Below are positions 7,700-19,000 of a stretch of 64,000 bases of DNA, one piece after another (positions within the stretch are counted from its first letter, which is position 1; each line of letters begins with the position of its first letter). The position numbers were made by a program, and so were the translations under genes. The stretch comes from a virus: the IMG/VR virus record IMGVR_UViG_3300035698_014365, positions 1 through 64,000 of that record; one strand, written 5' to 3'. The notes under the pieces are model-generated. The model searched no databases, was not told the DNA's origin, and was given only the letters and a program-made list of their open reading frames with translations.

Positions 7700-8023
7700 T
7701 TACCCCTTTTCTGCTATAATTTCCCTGCGCACACCGATGTTCTGCATGGCGCCGGCCTTCATGTTGGCCGCCTGCTGCTCCATGGCCTTGGCCTGCCGCT
7801 CCATACCCTCTGCCTGCTCAACGGTGGAATAAAAGTCTGCGATGTCCCCCTTGAGTTCCAACACCGACTTCTCACGCAACTGTTTCTTGACTTCCAGCAT
7901 CGACTGCGCCTGTTTCTGCTCACGACGCACCTGTTTCCTGTCAGCCTTCACGGGAACAGCTTTGTCAGCGACTTTCTTCACGACCTTCTTGGCCGATTTC
8001 TTCAGCTTTGCCTTGCCACCCAT
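7700..8023 (-). CDS. Lys-rich coiled-coil hypothetical protein
   Basis: GAGGAG SD before ATG 8023. Confidence 0.7.
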   Translation of the reverse strand: MGGKAKLKKSAKKVVKKVADKAVPVKADRKQVRREQKQAQSMLEVKKQLREKSVLELKGDIADFYSTVEQAEGMERQAKAMEQQAANMKAGAMQNIGVRREIIAEKG

Positions 8024-8069
8024 GTTACTCCTCCTCGAGTTTCGCCTGCGCTTTCGCAAACGTGTTAAT

Positions 8070-8099
8070 ATAATACGACGCCCGATTTTTGGCCGTCAA
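8070..8099 (-). promoter_or_regulatory. Putative sigma70-type promoter TTGACG-N18-TATTAT
   Basis: Near-consensus boxes in the intergenic gap upstream of 8023. Confidence 0.45.
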
Positions 8100-8154
8100 A
8101 AGTCCTGAGTTCAAACTACCTTTTTCCGCGGGCGGATTGTTGCCTGTGTCTTGT

Positions 8155-11100
8155 TCATGCCGCCCTCTCCAGTTGTTCTATGCGCTCAACCAGCCGTTCA
8201 ATCATGTCCCGATTCTGGTACACCCCACCAGCGGTCAGCTTTGCCATGTTGTTAAGATTCATGTGCCACTTGTCGCCGGTCTTGCTGTATATGCCCATTT
8301 CCAATCCGCGTGCCAAATTCTGCTCGCGAAGAATAGTCGATAGCTCCTTGGGGTCATCGTAGTCATCGAAGACGGTGACGCTTCCAGTTCCACCACCAAG
8401 GTCAGCGTGTATCTGTCCAGTAGCAGTGAAAAACACACAGGGGTCATTTGACCCATTTTGAAAATGAAGGTCGCCGTCGCCTTGAGAGGCAAGGAATTTC
8501 CATTTGTCTATGAGGTCATCCCCGTTGTCTGCCCACAACTCCAGTTGGGCATTTGTTCCGTTTGGAGCAACAATAGTAACGTTACCAGCAAAGATTACGT
8601 CCTGACTGAAAGTCACATCTCCACCAGCAGCAATCTGTATTGCATCCGTGTCACTGGCAGAGCCAATGTACCCAGCGTCAGGGATGGTCAGACCACCCCC
8701 CCCCACCACTACGGTCAGGCCCGTTCCGTTGAACTCAGCAACCTTGACTCCACCCTGCGTGTAGGCCCAATCTGAGCCGTCCAGATACCAACCATTGGTT
8801 AGTGCGCCAGTCAGGGCAAACGCCGGAGTAGCGATACCGCCAGCCTTGCCGGTTATTCGACCAGCAGCAGTTACTAGACCGGCAAACGAGGCATCCTGCG
8901 AGGTATCTATCGTCAGCGCCAGCGTGTCGTTGGTTCCGAAGTAAAGGTTGTCTGCCGCCTGTGTACCAATTGCCAGTGGCGTGTGGTACGAAGAGAGGTC
9001 GGCAAGGTCTGTCTTCAACTGCCCGTACAGGCTCCCCGCCGCAGTCGTACCCCACATCTTCAGAGCCACAATCTCAGAGTTGTCATTCAGAGCAAGAAAA
9101 GCACCATCGTGGGCCGATGAGTTGCTGGTGGAGGCGACAATGCATTCTGCCGCAGCATCGTAAGCGTCCACATCATATATCGGGGTGCGACCAACCCCCA
9201 GCGCACCGCCAGAAACAAATATATCACCGTTGAGGAAGTGGTAGTCACCCGTGCCCACGAGCTGGCTGTCGAAAATCCAGTTGGTGCCATCGTAGGTGTG
9301 GCCAGCGTCCTGAGCCGCACCAACAGTAACCCCCTCTGAGTCGGCGTCAATAACAAGCGTCTTGACAAAGGTAATATCGTCAGAAGTTGTGAACGGGAAC
9401 GCCCCACCGTTGGAGTTAATCTCATCCAACTGGAGGGTGTCGCCGTCGTGCGTGTGAGCAGTAGGAGCAGCACCTGCAGCGGCACCACCGATATCAGACA
9501 GCACCTCGGCTCCGGTGCGGTAGTCCACGCGGTTTCCAGCGTCCAGCACAAGGAACTTGTCTACGTCGGCGGCAGCGTTGATGCAGGTAGTTAGGGCCGT
9601 CGTGTTGGAGAAAGTAAGTGTGCCCGAGGTGGTAAACGCAAATGCACCCCCGTCAGAGTTGACAGCATCATGCTCAAGTGTCTGGGTATCGTGTAGGTGG
9701 GTGCTGGCAGACGCCCCAAGTGTAGCCAGCCCTGCTGCAGCGTTTGCGTCATCTATCAGTGAGCGGCCAAAGGCTGTCAACACTGTCTCAGCCCACGTAT
9801 CCACGCCCGTAGTGTACGCCAGCTTGTCAGCGGCTGTACCCAGCGCGGCTATACTCAACAGTGTCGCGTCATATGCCTGAACATTCGTTCCCGGCACGAG
9901 GGCCAGTGTCGCTTGCACAGCCGCTTGGTTGGCGTCATCCAAAATGGTTCTGGCAAATGCAGTTAAGGCGGTCTCTGCGGCAGTGTCTACGCCAGTAGCA
10001 TAAATCATCTTGTCCGCAGCAGTCCCTAGCAGCGCTATGGAGGTGAGCCATGCGTCATACACCTGCACATTAGTGCCCGGGACAACTGCCAGTGTCGCTT
10101 GCACGGTGGCTTGGTCTGCATCGTCCAGAATGGTGCGTGCAAAGGCAGTCAGTGCTGTCTCTGCCCACGTATCCACACCAGTGGCATAAGCCATCTTGTC
10201 CGCAGCCGTACCCAGCAGGGCAAGGCTCGTCAGCGTAGCGTCTAGGGGCTGTATGCCAGCGGTTGCCAGCGAGGCCCACGCAACGTCTGCACCGTCACTC
10301 CTCAGCAGTGTCCCCGCTCCACCTATCACAAGCTCCGCCCACTTGGGAGTGCCATTGCCATATACCAGTGACCCCTGAGATACTGCCGCCGCCAGAGTGT
10401 CACCATGGGACAGGCTCAGAATATCATGGGCAGCAGGAGCAGCACCAGCAGCCAGTGTGTACGTGTTCGCAGCGCTCACTGCTACGACCTTGCCCACATC
10501 GCCAGCGCCGGGGTCAAGCCCAGCAAGGCTTGCCAAGTCCGCCCCGCCAATGGTTGTAAGCACCGTAGCCGCATCAGCATCGTCAAGTATGGTGCGTGCA
10601 AACGCAGTCAACACAGTCTCCGCAGCGGTGTCTACACCAGTAGCATAAATCATCCTGTCAGCGGCGGTGCCCAGTAGTGCTATAGAGGTAAGCCACGCAT
10701 CGTAGGCTTGCACATTGGTGCCAATCACTAATCCCAACGTGGCCTGTGCTGTGGCCGCGTCAGCATCATCCACCAGTGAGCGCCCGAAGGCCGTGATAGC
10801 CGTCTCTGCTGCCACATCCACCCCTGTGGTGTAAACCATCCTGTCTGCCGCTGTACCCAACAGTCCTATACTGGTCAGGAATGCGTCAATAGGCTGGAAT
10901 GCCGCTGCGTGGTTCCCGTCCAGCAAGTCAGCATTCAGGTTGGTGTTCAGTGTAGTCGAGGCGACAACGAGAGGTGCTGTGCCTGTGGCTATCGTGCTTA
11001 CCAGGCTCTCGCCTGTTATCGTGCCACTCGCGCCGAAGTCGCCGTCCGCAAACGAAGAGGCATATTCTATCGTGCCTGCCCCAGCGTTCCCACCATCGGC

Positions 11101-12768
11101 CACCACATCGTCAAGGTGGGAGGAAACCAAATCGCCAGCGGCTACCTGTATGCCTATATTGTTCGTAAATCCCTCTATAAGCACGCGGTTGGCAGTGGTG
11201 TGTATCTCACCCCCGCCCGCGCTGTTGATATACATGCCGTAGAACGTGCCGTTCCCCGCAGTCTCACAGTGAACATGGTTGTTCTCAAGAGCCTTCTCTG
11301 TCCCAAGCCCCAATATGTAGAACAGTGCGCCAATGCCCGAATACGCCGCGTGGCTCATATTGACGTGGAACACGCAGTCCTTAACCATCGCCTCGGTAAT
11401 ATTGGCCGCGCCAGTTTCGCGCATCACCATAAGGCTATCGTTCGTGTCGGCAACCTCTATTTCCCAATGGCACTGGAAGAAGTCATACTTGCCCGTGCCA
11501 GTAACATCCACAAGGGCGTGTGTGCCAACCCCCGCAGCGGTGCCGCTAAAATCGTACTTGAGCTTACAGTTCTGGAGGAACAACTCTCCACCTGAGTGAG
11601 CTATCAGCGTCCCCACAATACCATTGGTGGCAGACGCTTGCTCAATGTAGCAATTGTATATGTCTACTTCCCCAGCCGTCATGGCCAGCACAATAGCACC
11701 ATTGGCGGTCGGGGCAGAGGACAGTTTAATGTTTTCGATAGACGCATCACTCGCACCGGGAGGACAGGTGAGCGTAGTGCCCGCCACACTGGTAATCTCC
11801 GTGACCTCGTGCCCACCCCTGCCAACGAGGGACACGTACTCTTTCATCACCACGTTCTCAGTGTAGACGCCGGGGGAGATGACAACTGCGTACCGCTTAT
11901 TGGTGGTGTTGTCGAGGATGGAATCAATTGCGCCCTGCACCGTGGTGAACTGTGCGCCAGCCTTTGCCACGGTAACAATCTGCTGGTGAAAGCCTACGCC
12001 ACCTATGTCACTCAGAACCTCAGCACCCGTGCGGAAGTCTATGCGGTCCCCTGCGTCGAGGACGAGGAACTTGTCGGTGTCCACACCCGCGTTGACACAG
12101 GTGGTCAGCGCAACCGTGTTGGAAAATGTGACGGCGCCGGTTGTATCAAACGCAAAAGCACCCCCGTTGGAGTTGACGCCATCGAGTAGCAGTGTTTGGG
12201 TGTCGTGCAAGTGAGCCACCGCAGCAAACGCCGCCGCGTGTTGTCCATCCAGTAAGTCGGCGTTGAGGTTGGTTACCATCACATTGGAGGCAATGACCAA
12301 TGGTGCCGCCGGGGCAGCCACGTCGCTCTGGAATGTCTCGGCCCGGATCTGCCATGCGCCCGCGTCCCACGCAGCAGTCAGCGGTCGCGTACCATCAATC
12401 AGAAGGGCCCAGGCATGGTCGGCAGAATCTGCCAGCCCTCCGATAGAGCCGTGGTCTATTTGCGCCTGAACAACGTCGAGGTCGATCTCATTGTTTGGGG
12501 CATCGAGCACCACAGACAGTCGAGCGGAGGCCGTGTTGATATTTCTGAACTGAAGGTCAACACCAACCTTGGCATTGTATGGCCCAACCCCGCCAACGCC
12601 AACATTGGAAGCCGTGTTGACCTCTCCGGCCCCGCCTCCACCACCACCAAACGATGCGCGCCTGAGTTCGTCCTCGAGCGCGTCTATCTGGCGTTGCAGA
12701 GAGTGGGCAGCCTTGTCGAGGCCCGACCAGTTCTCTATAACAACATTGCTGACTTTACGGATGGTCAC
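8155..12768 (-). CDS. Tail fibre/tailspike with a pectin-lyase-like beta-helix and internal repeats
   Basis: Ala/Gly/Thr-rich; TVAKAGAQFTTVQGAID...ISPGVYTENV beta-helix entry motif; repeated blocks; C-terminal coiled coil. Confidence 0.85.
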   Translation of the reverse strand: MTIRKVSNVVIENWSGLDKAAHSLQRQIDALEDELRRASFGGGGGGAGEVNTASNVGVGGVGPYNAKVGVDLQFRNINTASARLSVVLDAPNNEIDLDVVQAQIDHGSIGGLADSADHAWALLIDGTRPLTAAWDAGAWQIRAETFQSDVAAPAAPLVIASNVMVTNLNADLLDGQHAAAFAAVAHLHDTQTLLLDGVNSNGGAFAFDTTGAVTFSNTVALTTCVNAGVDTDKFLVLDAGDRIDFRTGAEVLSDIGGVGFHQQIVTVAKAGAQFTTVQGAIDSILDNTTNKRYAVVISPGVYTENVVMKEYVSLVGRGGHEVTEITSVAGTTLTCPPGASDASIENIKLSSAPTANGAIVLAMTAGEVDIYNCYIEQASATNGIVGTLIAHSGGELFLQNCKLKYDFSGTAAGVGTHALVDVTGTGKYDFFQCHWEIEVADTNDSLMVMRETGAANITEAMVKDCVFHVNMSHAAYSGIGALFYILGLGTEKALENNHVHCETAGNGTFYGMYINSAGGGEIHTTANRVLIEGFTNNIGIQVAAGDLVSSHLDDVVADGGNAGAGTIEYASSFADGDFGASGTITGESLVSTIATGTAPLVVASTTLNTNLNADLLDGNHAAAFQPIDAFLTSIGLLGTAADRMVYTTGVDVAAETAITAFGRSLVDDADAATAQATLGLVIGTNVQAYDAWLTSIALLGTAADRMIYATGVDTAAETVLTAFARTILDDADAATVLTTIGGADLASLAGLDPGAGDVGKVVAVSAANTYTLAAGAAPAAHDILSLSHGDTLAAAVSQGSLVYGNGTPKWAELVIGGAGTLLRSDGADVAWASLATAGIQPLDATLTSLALLGTAADKMAYATGVDTWAETALTAFARTILDDADQATVQATLAVVPGTNVQVYDAWLTSIALLGTAADKMIYATGVDTAAETALTAFARTILDDANQAAVQATLALVPGTNVQAYDATLLSIAALGTAADKLAYTTGVDTWAETVLTAFGRSLIDDANAAAGLATLGASASTHLHDTQTLEHDAVNSDGGAFAFTTSGTLTFSNTTALTTCINAAADVDKFLVLDAGNRVDYRTGAEVLSDIGGAAAGAAPTAHTHDGDTLQLDEINSNGGAFPFTTSDDITFVKTLVIDADSEGVTVGAAQDAGHTYDGTNWIFDSQLVGTGDYHFLNGDIFVSGGALGVGRTPIYDVDAYDAAAECIVASTSNSSAHDGAFLALNDNSEIVALKMWGTTAAGSLYGQLKTDLADLSSYHTPLAIGTQAADNLYFGTNDTLALTIDTSQDASFAGLVTAAGRITGKAGGIATPAFALTGALTNGWYLDGSDWAYTQGGVKVAEFNGTGLTVVVGGGGLTIPDAGYIGSASDTDAIQIAAGGDVTFSQDVIFAGNVTIVAPNGTNAQLELWADNGDDLIDKWKFLASQGDGDLHFQNGSNDPCVFFTATGQIHADLGGGTGSVTVFDDYDDPKELSTILREQNLARGLEMGIYSKTGDKWHMNLNNMAKLTAGGVYQNRDMIERLVERIEQLERAA
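9720..10890 (-). repeat. Five ~60-aa repeats in the tail fibre (DAxLTSIALLGTAADKMxYxTGVDTxAETxLTAFARTILDDAD...), in blocks of 2 and 3
   Basis: Seen in the translation and as degenerate ~180-bp DNA repeats. Confidence 0.85.
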
Positions 12769-13046
12769 TTCTTATGGCTCCTGCCATTGCCGTTACGAGC
12801 TGCCGCCACCAACCACTTCACATCTGTCTGCACCGCGATGGACACCTCTTTGGTCTTCCTCACGTCACGCGCCAACTCCTTGTGGTCATTGCAGTGCCCG
12901 TTCACACCAGAACACGCCTCTGCGCTGCCATTCTTCCCGCCGCGGACCTTGAATGCAAAGACGGTGACTACTATGCCACCCACCAGTCCGATTGAACCTT
13001 CGAGTACTCCACCTAAAATATTCGACAGTGCGTTCGGGTCCATCAT
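12765..13046 (-). CDS. Small membrane protein, holin candidate
   Basis: One N-terminal hydrophobic segment and a basic C-terminus. Confidence 0.5.
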   Translation of the reverse strand: MMDPNALSNILGGVLEGSIGLVGGIVVTVFAFKVRGGKNGSAEACSGVNGHCNDHKELARDVRKTKEVSIAVQTDVKWLVAAARNGNGRSHKK

Positions 13047-13049
13047 AAA

Positions 13050-16000
13050 CTACTCCTTGAGCAAGTCATTGTCAGATACAGAGTATGCCTTTATCTTGCC
13101 AAGTTTCTTCAGCAGGAATTGTTGCCGTGCCATCTCGCCTACAAAACTCACGTGCTTCGCCAGTATCTTCTCCTGTACCTCCGGAGACTTGTTTTTCCAT
13201 GCGTCCTTTCCAGTGGCTCCCTGCTGTCTCTTGAGGGCACGCCGGAACTGTCGCGTCAGTAGCTCAGCCATGTACTTCTGCAGAGCCGCGCGCTCCTCAC
13301 CAGAGATGTTGAACTCAATGCGGTCCTTCGCCTTCGAGGCACCAATCTTTGCCAGCTCTTTGACATCCGCAGGGTCTACGCCCAGCTTGCTGATTGCATC
13401 CTTCTTGCTGAACGTGAGCTTTCTCGGTGCACGCCTCGGAATCTGACCCGTTCTGCGCTCAGCCTCGTATGGGGTGAGCACCATTTCTATCATCGGGTCC
13501 ACGTCGTACTTGGTTACGAACGCCGGGTTCAAGAACACATTGAACAGCGAGTTGCTGCCGCTCTTGAATATCTGCTTCTTGTCCAACCCCAGCGTGTTGT
13601 ACGCCTCGGGGAGCATCTTCTCAACAAACGGGAGCTTATTTATTACGTTATTCAGGGCGCGTTTGAATGTGTTGGGGTCGTGCTTCTCCCGGGCGGTGTT
13701 ATCCATAGCCTGGCGAACCTGATACACGAACGTCGGCACGAATGATGCCGGTGCCTGCTCAAACACCCGGGCAAGGGCGCGGGTGTACTGCTTCCCCTCG
13801 TCGCCTGGTACGCCACGACCGAACAGGGTCTGCAGCCCAGCCAGCGCAGGGGTCTCAGCAATGGACTGGGCGCCACCAGAGAACGCATCAACCGTGTTGT
13901 CGAATGCTGCCCCGTAGTCGCCACTCTCAAACGCACGCTCCTGTCGAGCCTGTGCAATATTCGCACCCAGCGACAGGGATATGGCAAGCGGCTGTGCCCA
14001 GTCGTAGGACACAAGCATGTCGTCTTTTCTCTTCTTCGCAGCCTCGGCATCGGTGAACCCAGAGAAAACCCATCGCTTGAGCCCGGACACGTTCACCCGA
14101 TATGGGCCGCCACCCGTCTGCTCGCGCTCGAAGGCCGTGACGTTGTAGTTCTCTGCATCCCCAGTGATTATTCCCATGTTGTACATGGCGTAACCCATGC
14201 CAGTGAGGCCACCACCACCAACGACCGCCCTTGTGAGCGACCGGACGAACTCGCGCTGATTAAACTCGTGTCCTGCAACCGCACGGCCGAGGTGGTACAT
14301 CGACTTCACCATGCCTGCCGGCGAGTACTCAAGCGCACGGGCCAGAAGGTTGGCCGGCGTCTTCGGATACTTCAGCACGAGGTCGCCAACACCGAAATCT
14401 TTCTTCGCATTCAGCAATTTCTTGAGTGCAACGGCTCCCTCGGAAAGAAAGTTGTCGTCTTGGAACGTGACATACTTGCCGTACTGGTGAGCCAATTCAA
14501 TGGCCGCATCCGGGGCGTTCTTCATAAAGTCCTGAACGTATGCCTTGCGGTCTGCCTTCGGAACCTTGTTGTTGATCGCTGCCAGCTCGGCTATCTCCCC
14601 AACCAACTGGTTCTTTACCGTCTCGTACACGGCGCGGTCAGTGGCACCAAGCGACACACCAAGGGCCTTCTCGAGGAAGCCGAGTGTCTTCTCAGCATAC
14701 TTGAACGGACCCTCTGCACCCTTGCCGCGGAACGCAGCTCCCTGTATCTGGAACTTGGTTGAAACGTCGCCAGTGGGGAGCCCTTTTATGGAGCGCCGGG
14801 CGCCCTTCATAAACCCCTTGTACATCTCCTCAAAGGCGTGCGTGCCACCCTTGCCGAGCGTCACTGAGCGTTCTCCGGTCACCCTGGAAACACCAATGTC
14901 TATGGCTGTCGCCGGAAGGTCTATAACTCGCTCTGCCGCCTGCATGAGTGAGTTGCCAATAACATTCCTGCCAAGCGTCTTTACGTTTAGGAGCTGTGCT
15001 ATTGTCTGGAGCGCGCTGACCCTGCGCCAGAACTTCGGGGGTTTCAGCAACTCAAGCGTCTGTTGCACCTCAAGGATGGCCTCGGTACGCGCGTCGCCGG
15101 TCAGTTCCTCAATTGATGCAGTGCGCTCCTTCAGGTGCTCAAACATTTCCTGCGGCACGCTCTCGTCAGACTCAATGCGCTTCACCAGACGGTCAACAGC
15201 AGTTGCCTGCTCCCACAGGGCCTGCGTACGGGCACGCTCAGTCTTCAGAACCTTGCGAGCACGACGGTATATCTTCTGGAGGTGAGGCTGAACACGCTCA
15301 TCCAGGTCACCCATCATGGACTTCGACCACTCGCCAAACTTCAGCCCGGTCTCGCCAAGTTTCGCAGCACCGATAATCGCCAGGTCTGCCATCTCGTCAC
15401 CCGGGAGCCCTGCGCGGGTCTTCGCCTGCGTCAGAGACTTCTTGTACTTGTCCATGCGCTCGGCAGCCATGGTGTTGAGGCGGCCCTGCAGCATCTTATT
15501 GAGGCTCGGCTTCTTTGCCTTACCCTTCAGAGGAACAGGCTCACTGCCAACCGCGTCGTGAATCTTTGTCTGCATCAGCTTCAGCGACTCAACGTCCGAA
15601 GACGTGAGCTCTCCGCTGCTGACCACGCGCTCGAGGACACCGAGAACCTGTTTGGTTTCCTTGTCCAACGTGTCCCATGTCTGAGCAATCTTAGCGAGCC
15701 TCTGCAGCTCCTTTGCGTCCTTGGTCTGCAGCACGAGCTTGCGCTTGTCGGGGCGAGTCTTATTTATCTGATCGAGGCGTCTCTGCCCAGCGACAAGCAC
15801 GCCGGCGGGGTCTTTGAGAAGGCGCCCAAACACTCTGGCGGCCTGAATCTCCTGGCCAGCCTTGGTGAGGGCAACCGACGTTTCGGTAGCAATTTCAATA
15901 GCCTTCGACATCGCCGCATCGGCGCGCGCAGGATTGCCTGTGCCAGCCTTATTTGACACGGACTGATAGTGGTCAATAAGTCGCATGGCCACAACGGTCT

Positions 16001-19000
16001 TCTCAGAGCCGCTGGACTCGTCGGACTTCACCCACTGCTCAGCACCTTCCCACCCGCGCTCCCTAATGACCGCGTCGGCGTTCTTAATGCTCTCAACATT
16101 TGACTTGGGGGTATACAGACGCGAAGTTCCGCCAGGGCGACCCTTTTTCTCGGCCGTCTTGGGGAAACTGCGTTCTTTCTGCTTTGGCTGCTGCTTGGGC
16201 TTGGCCCCTGCCTTGGGTGGCGGGGGCTTCTTGGGCGGTTCAGCCTTGGGCGTTACTGGCTCTGGGGTTGGGGCTGGCTTCGGCGCTTCTGGCGTTCCGC
16301 CAGGCGCTTGTCCATCATCTCCAGATACTCCTCGTGTGTCAGCTTGTCCCAGCCGGCCCGCTTGTTCGCCATCTCCGTGGACATAATCTGAGTTCTCCTT
16401 CCATCGGCCCGCACGTGTCTCGTCTTCAATATATCGACGATTCCCGCCTGCGTCAATGTCTCTATTTGATACATCCCTCAAATACTGCTGTTTTGCGTCC
16501 TCTGCGTCAGCGCCTGCACTACCAGATGTGGCCATTGGGTCGCGCCCGACCACATGATCTGCTGCCCCAACGTCCATTCCAACGCCTGTGGGCATGCCAC
16601 CGTTCTTTGGGTGAGAAAGTTCGTGCAGGCCAAGTCCTCGGATATACCCATCGTACTCTGAGGACGCCCTCTCTGCTGCCGCACGTGATTCGTCGGCAAC
16701 ACGGGCAGCATCAGCACCATTGAGCTCGTCACCACCAGTGCGGTCAATCTTGGACTCCGGCGTGTCGAGCTCCTGCTTCAGGAAGTCGCCCCCTTTTCGC
16801 ATGGCAATATTGGCAGCATCGTGCCCCTTCAGCGGGTTGCCATCGGCATCCAAGTACTCAGGGTGCTTGCTTGCCCATTCTTTGCTGTAGTACTCACCGT
16901 TGGCGTCTGGTAGCTTGCCCTCAAAAAAGTCGTTGAGGCCACCGAGGTTGCGGAAGTCCACCGAGACTATCGAAAAGGGCTTCTTCAGGCTTGCGAGTCT
17001 GTATATCGAATTGACATAGATAGGCCGCGTCGGCATATCCATGACCTCGTCGTGCGAAAGGTCGGCCAGCGCCTCGGTGTTTTTGCGAATCTTGTCGGAA
17101 ACGCCGGGCTGCTGGGCTTCACGCACGAACGCAAGCGTCGGGTCAAGAATTTCCGCGGTGTTTTCTGGCTCGGTTGTGCCCTCAAACTTCTTCAGGACGC
17201 GCGCGCCTATCTTGTCGGCCGCATCTACCTCGGGGCTCTTTGAAGTGCTTTCTGTGAGATTCTTTGTGGCATTTTCCGTGACCTTTGCCAGTTCCTGCGG
17301 TGTCGCTGGGGCCTTGAACTCCGGTTCGGGCTTTGTGTCCCCCGGCTTGGCGATATCCAATGTTGGCTGCTTCGGCCCCGCCCCGGGCTTTGGCTGCTCA
17401 AACTGTGCTCCGGGTTGCATCTTCGGCAGGGCGTCCCCGGCGAGCTTGTCTGCGACTGGCTCGAACAGCTCGTCTCTGCGGGCACCAAACTCGTCAACCT
17501 TCGCATCGGAAACGACTGCAAACCCCTCTTTGCCCTTGCCCTTGATCCATCCCTTTATCTCGGCGCGCTGCGCGCCCTGCAGAACCTTGAATTTGGCACC
17601 AGACGCCACGTCGCGGATGGAAAACCCCTCTGCAATGGCGAGGTTCAGGAGCTCTTGCTTCATCCACTCCGCCGAGACAACATTTTCCCCGACAGCGCTC
17701 CCAACCCAAGCGTCATATGCGAGGTCGGCCAGCGGCTGTGCGAGAAGCTGCAGGGCGCCCGCGGGAGCATACACCTCTGGAATCACTGACACGAAGCCGG
17801 CGCCAGCACCACGGGCGGCCGCAAAGAGGGCGTCGCCTAGTGCCACCTTGCCCTCTGTCAGGTCGTCGATAGTGCGTGCGCCAGACAGGCCACCCGCAAC
17901 AATGGTTCTGGTCAGTGCAGATGTGAGAAATTTCGACTTAGCAATCCACGGAACGGTTTGGAGTCCCTTGCCCACAAGCCCCGCCATCCCAATGGACTGC
18001 AAAACTGTGCCAGAAATCTGTCCACCGACAAACAACTCGGGGTTTTCCTTGCGTGCCTGATCCACCATACGGTCTACGGCGCGGACATTCGTTGCAACCG
18101 AACGGCCAGCCTTACCAACTGCCCCGGGAACCTTGCCAACGGTTCCTTCGGCAAGGGATGCGATGCCCTTTCGGAGCAGACGGCTGCCCGGGACAGATTC
18201 ACTAATTCCGGCAACGGTCGATACGAACGGGTTGACCCTCTCCTCAATTGCAACGTCTTCGATTAGCTGCTGGTTCACAGTCCGCTGTACATTGTCCCCC
18301 GAGCGGTCAAGGACCAATCTTTGCTGGTTCTCAGGCAGAGAGGCCAGCCAGCCCGCTGTGCCAACTTCACCGTCACCCTCAAGCCCTTGTGACTTCGCCA
18401 GATTGCGTAGCTCGCGCGCGCTGACACCGACCAGCGGTTTACGCGAAGCCTCATTGCGACTGTTCGCAACAACAGTTTCTTCGCGCTCGGGAAGGGCGGG
18501 CGCCACAGGATCGTCAGACGCCGCAACAAAGTCCTCGCCAGCGTAGAGGTGCCCGGGGGGCGCCTCCTCCTGCCCCACGCGCAACTGGCGCTCCTCCTCT
18601 GTCTCTGCTGGAGGGGTTGTTGGCTCAATGTCAACACGAGTGGCGTCAGGAACAGCAGCCTCAGTAAGGGTGCGCTCGGGGCCCGGGGGAGCCATGGGGC
18701 CTTCGCCAAGAACCTCTCCTAGAATTCCGGTGCGGTCCGGTCCAGCAGGTTCAGGTGCAGGCGCTGGAGCAGGGGCACTCGGGGCTGCCGCGCCCGGCTC
18801 AACGAATATCTCTGACAGGTTCTGGGAGATGGCCTGTGACTCCCACCCGCCGTAGGCATCGAGACCACCAAGGGCAGACGACAGACCCGCAATACGCCCC
18901 TCGTCCCCAGAGGACAACACCTCTGTGACGTTGGAGCGGATGTCGTCCGGAGACCACCCTGAGTATGCAGGGAGTGCGGACGCCGCGCCAAGAAAACTAT

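Noticed and set aside
6998-8112. 13-bp match AAAGTCCTGAGTT at about 6999 and 8099
   Set aside because: There are only two copies, one lies inside a coding end, and no functional context is evident; it could be chance.
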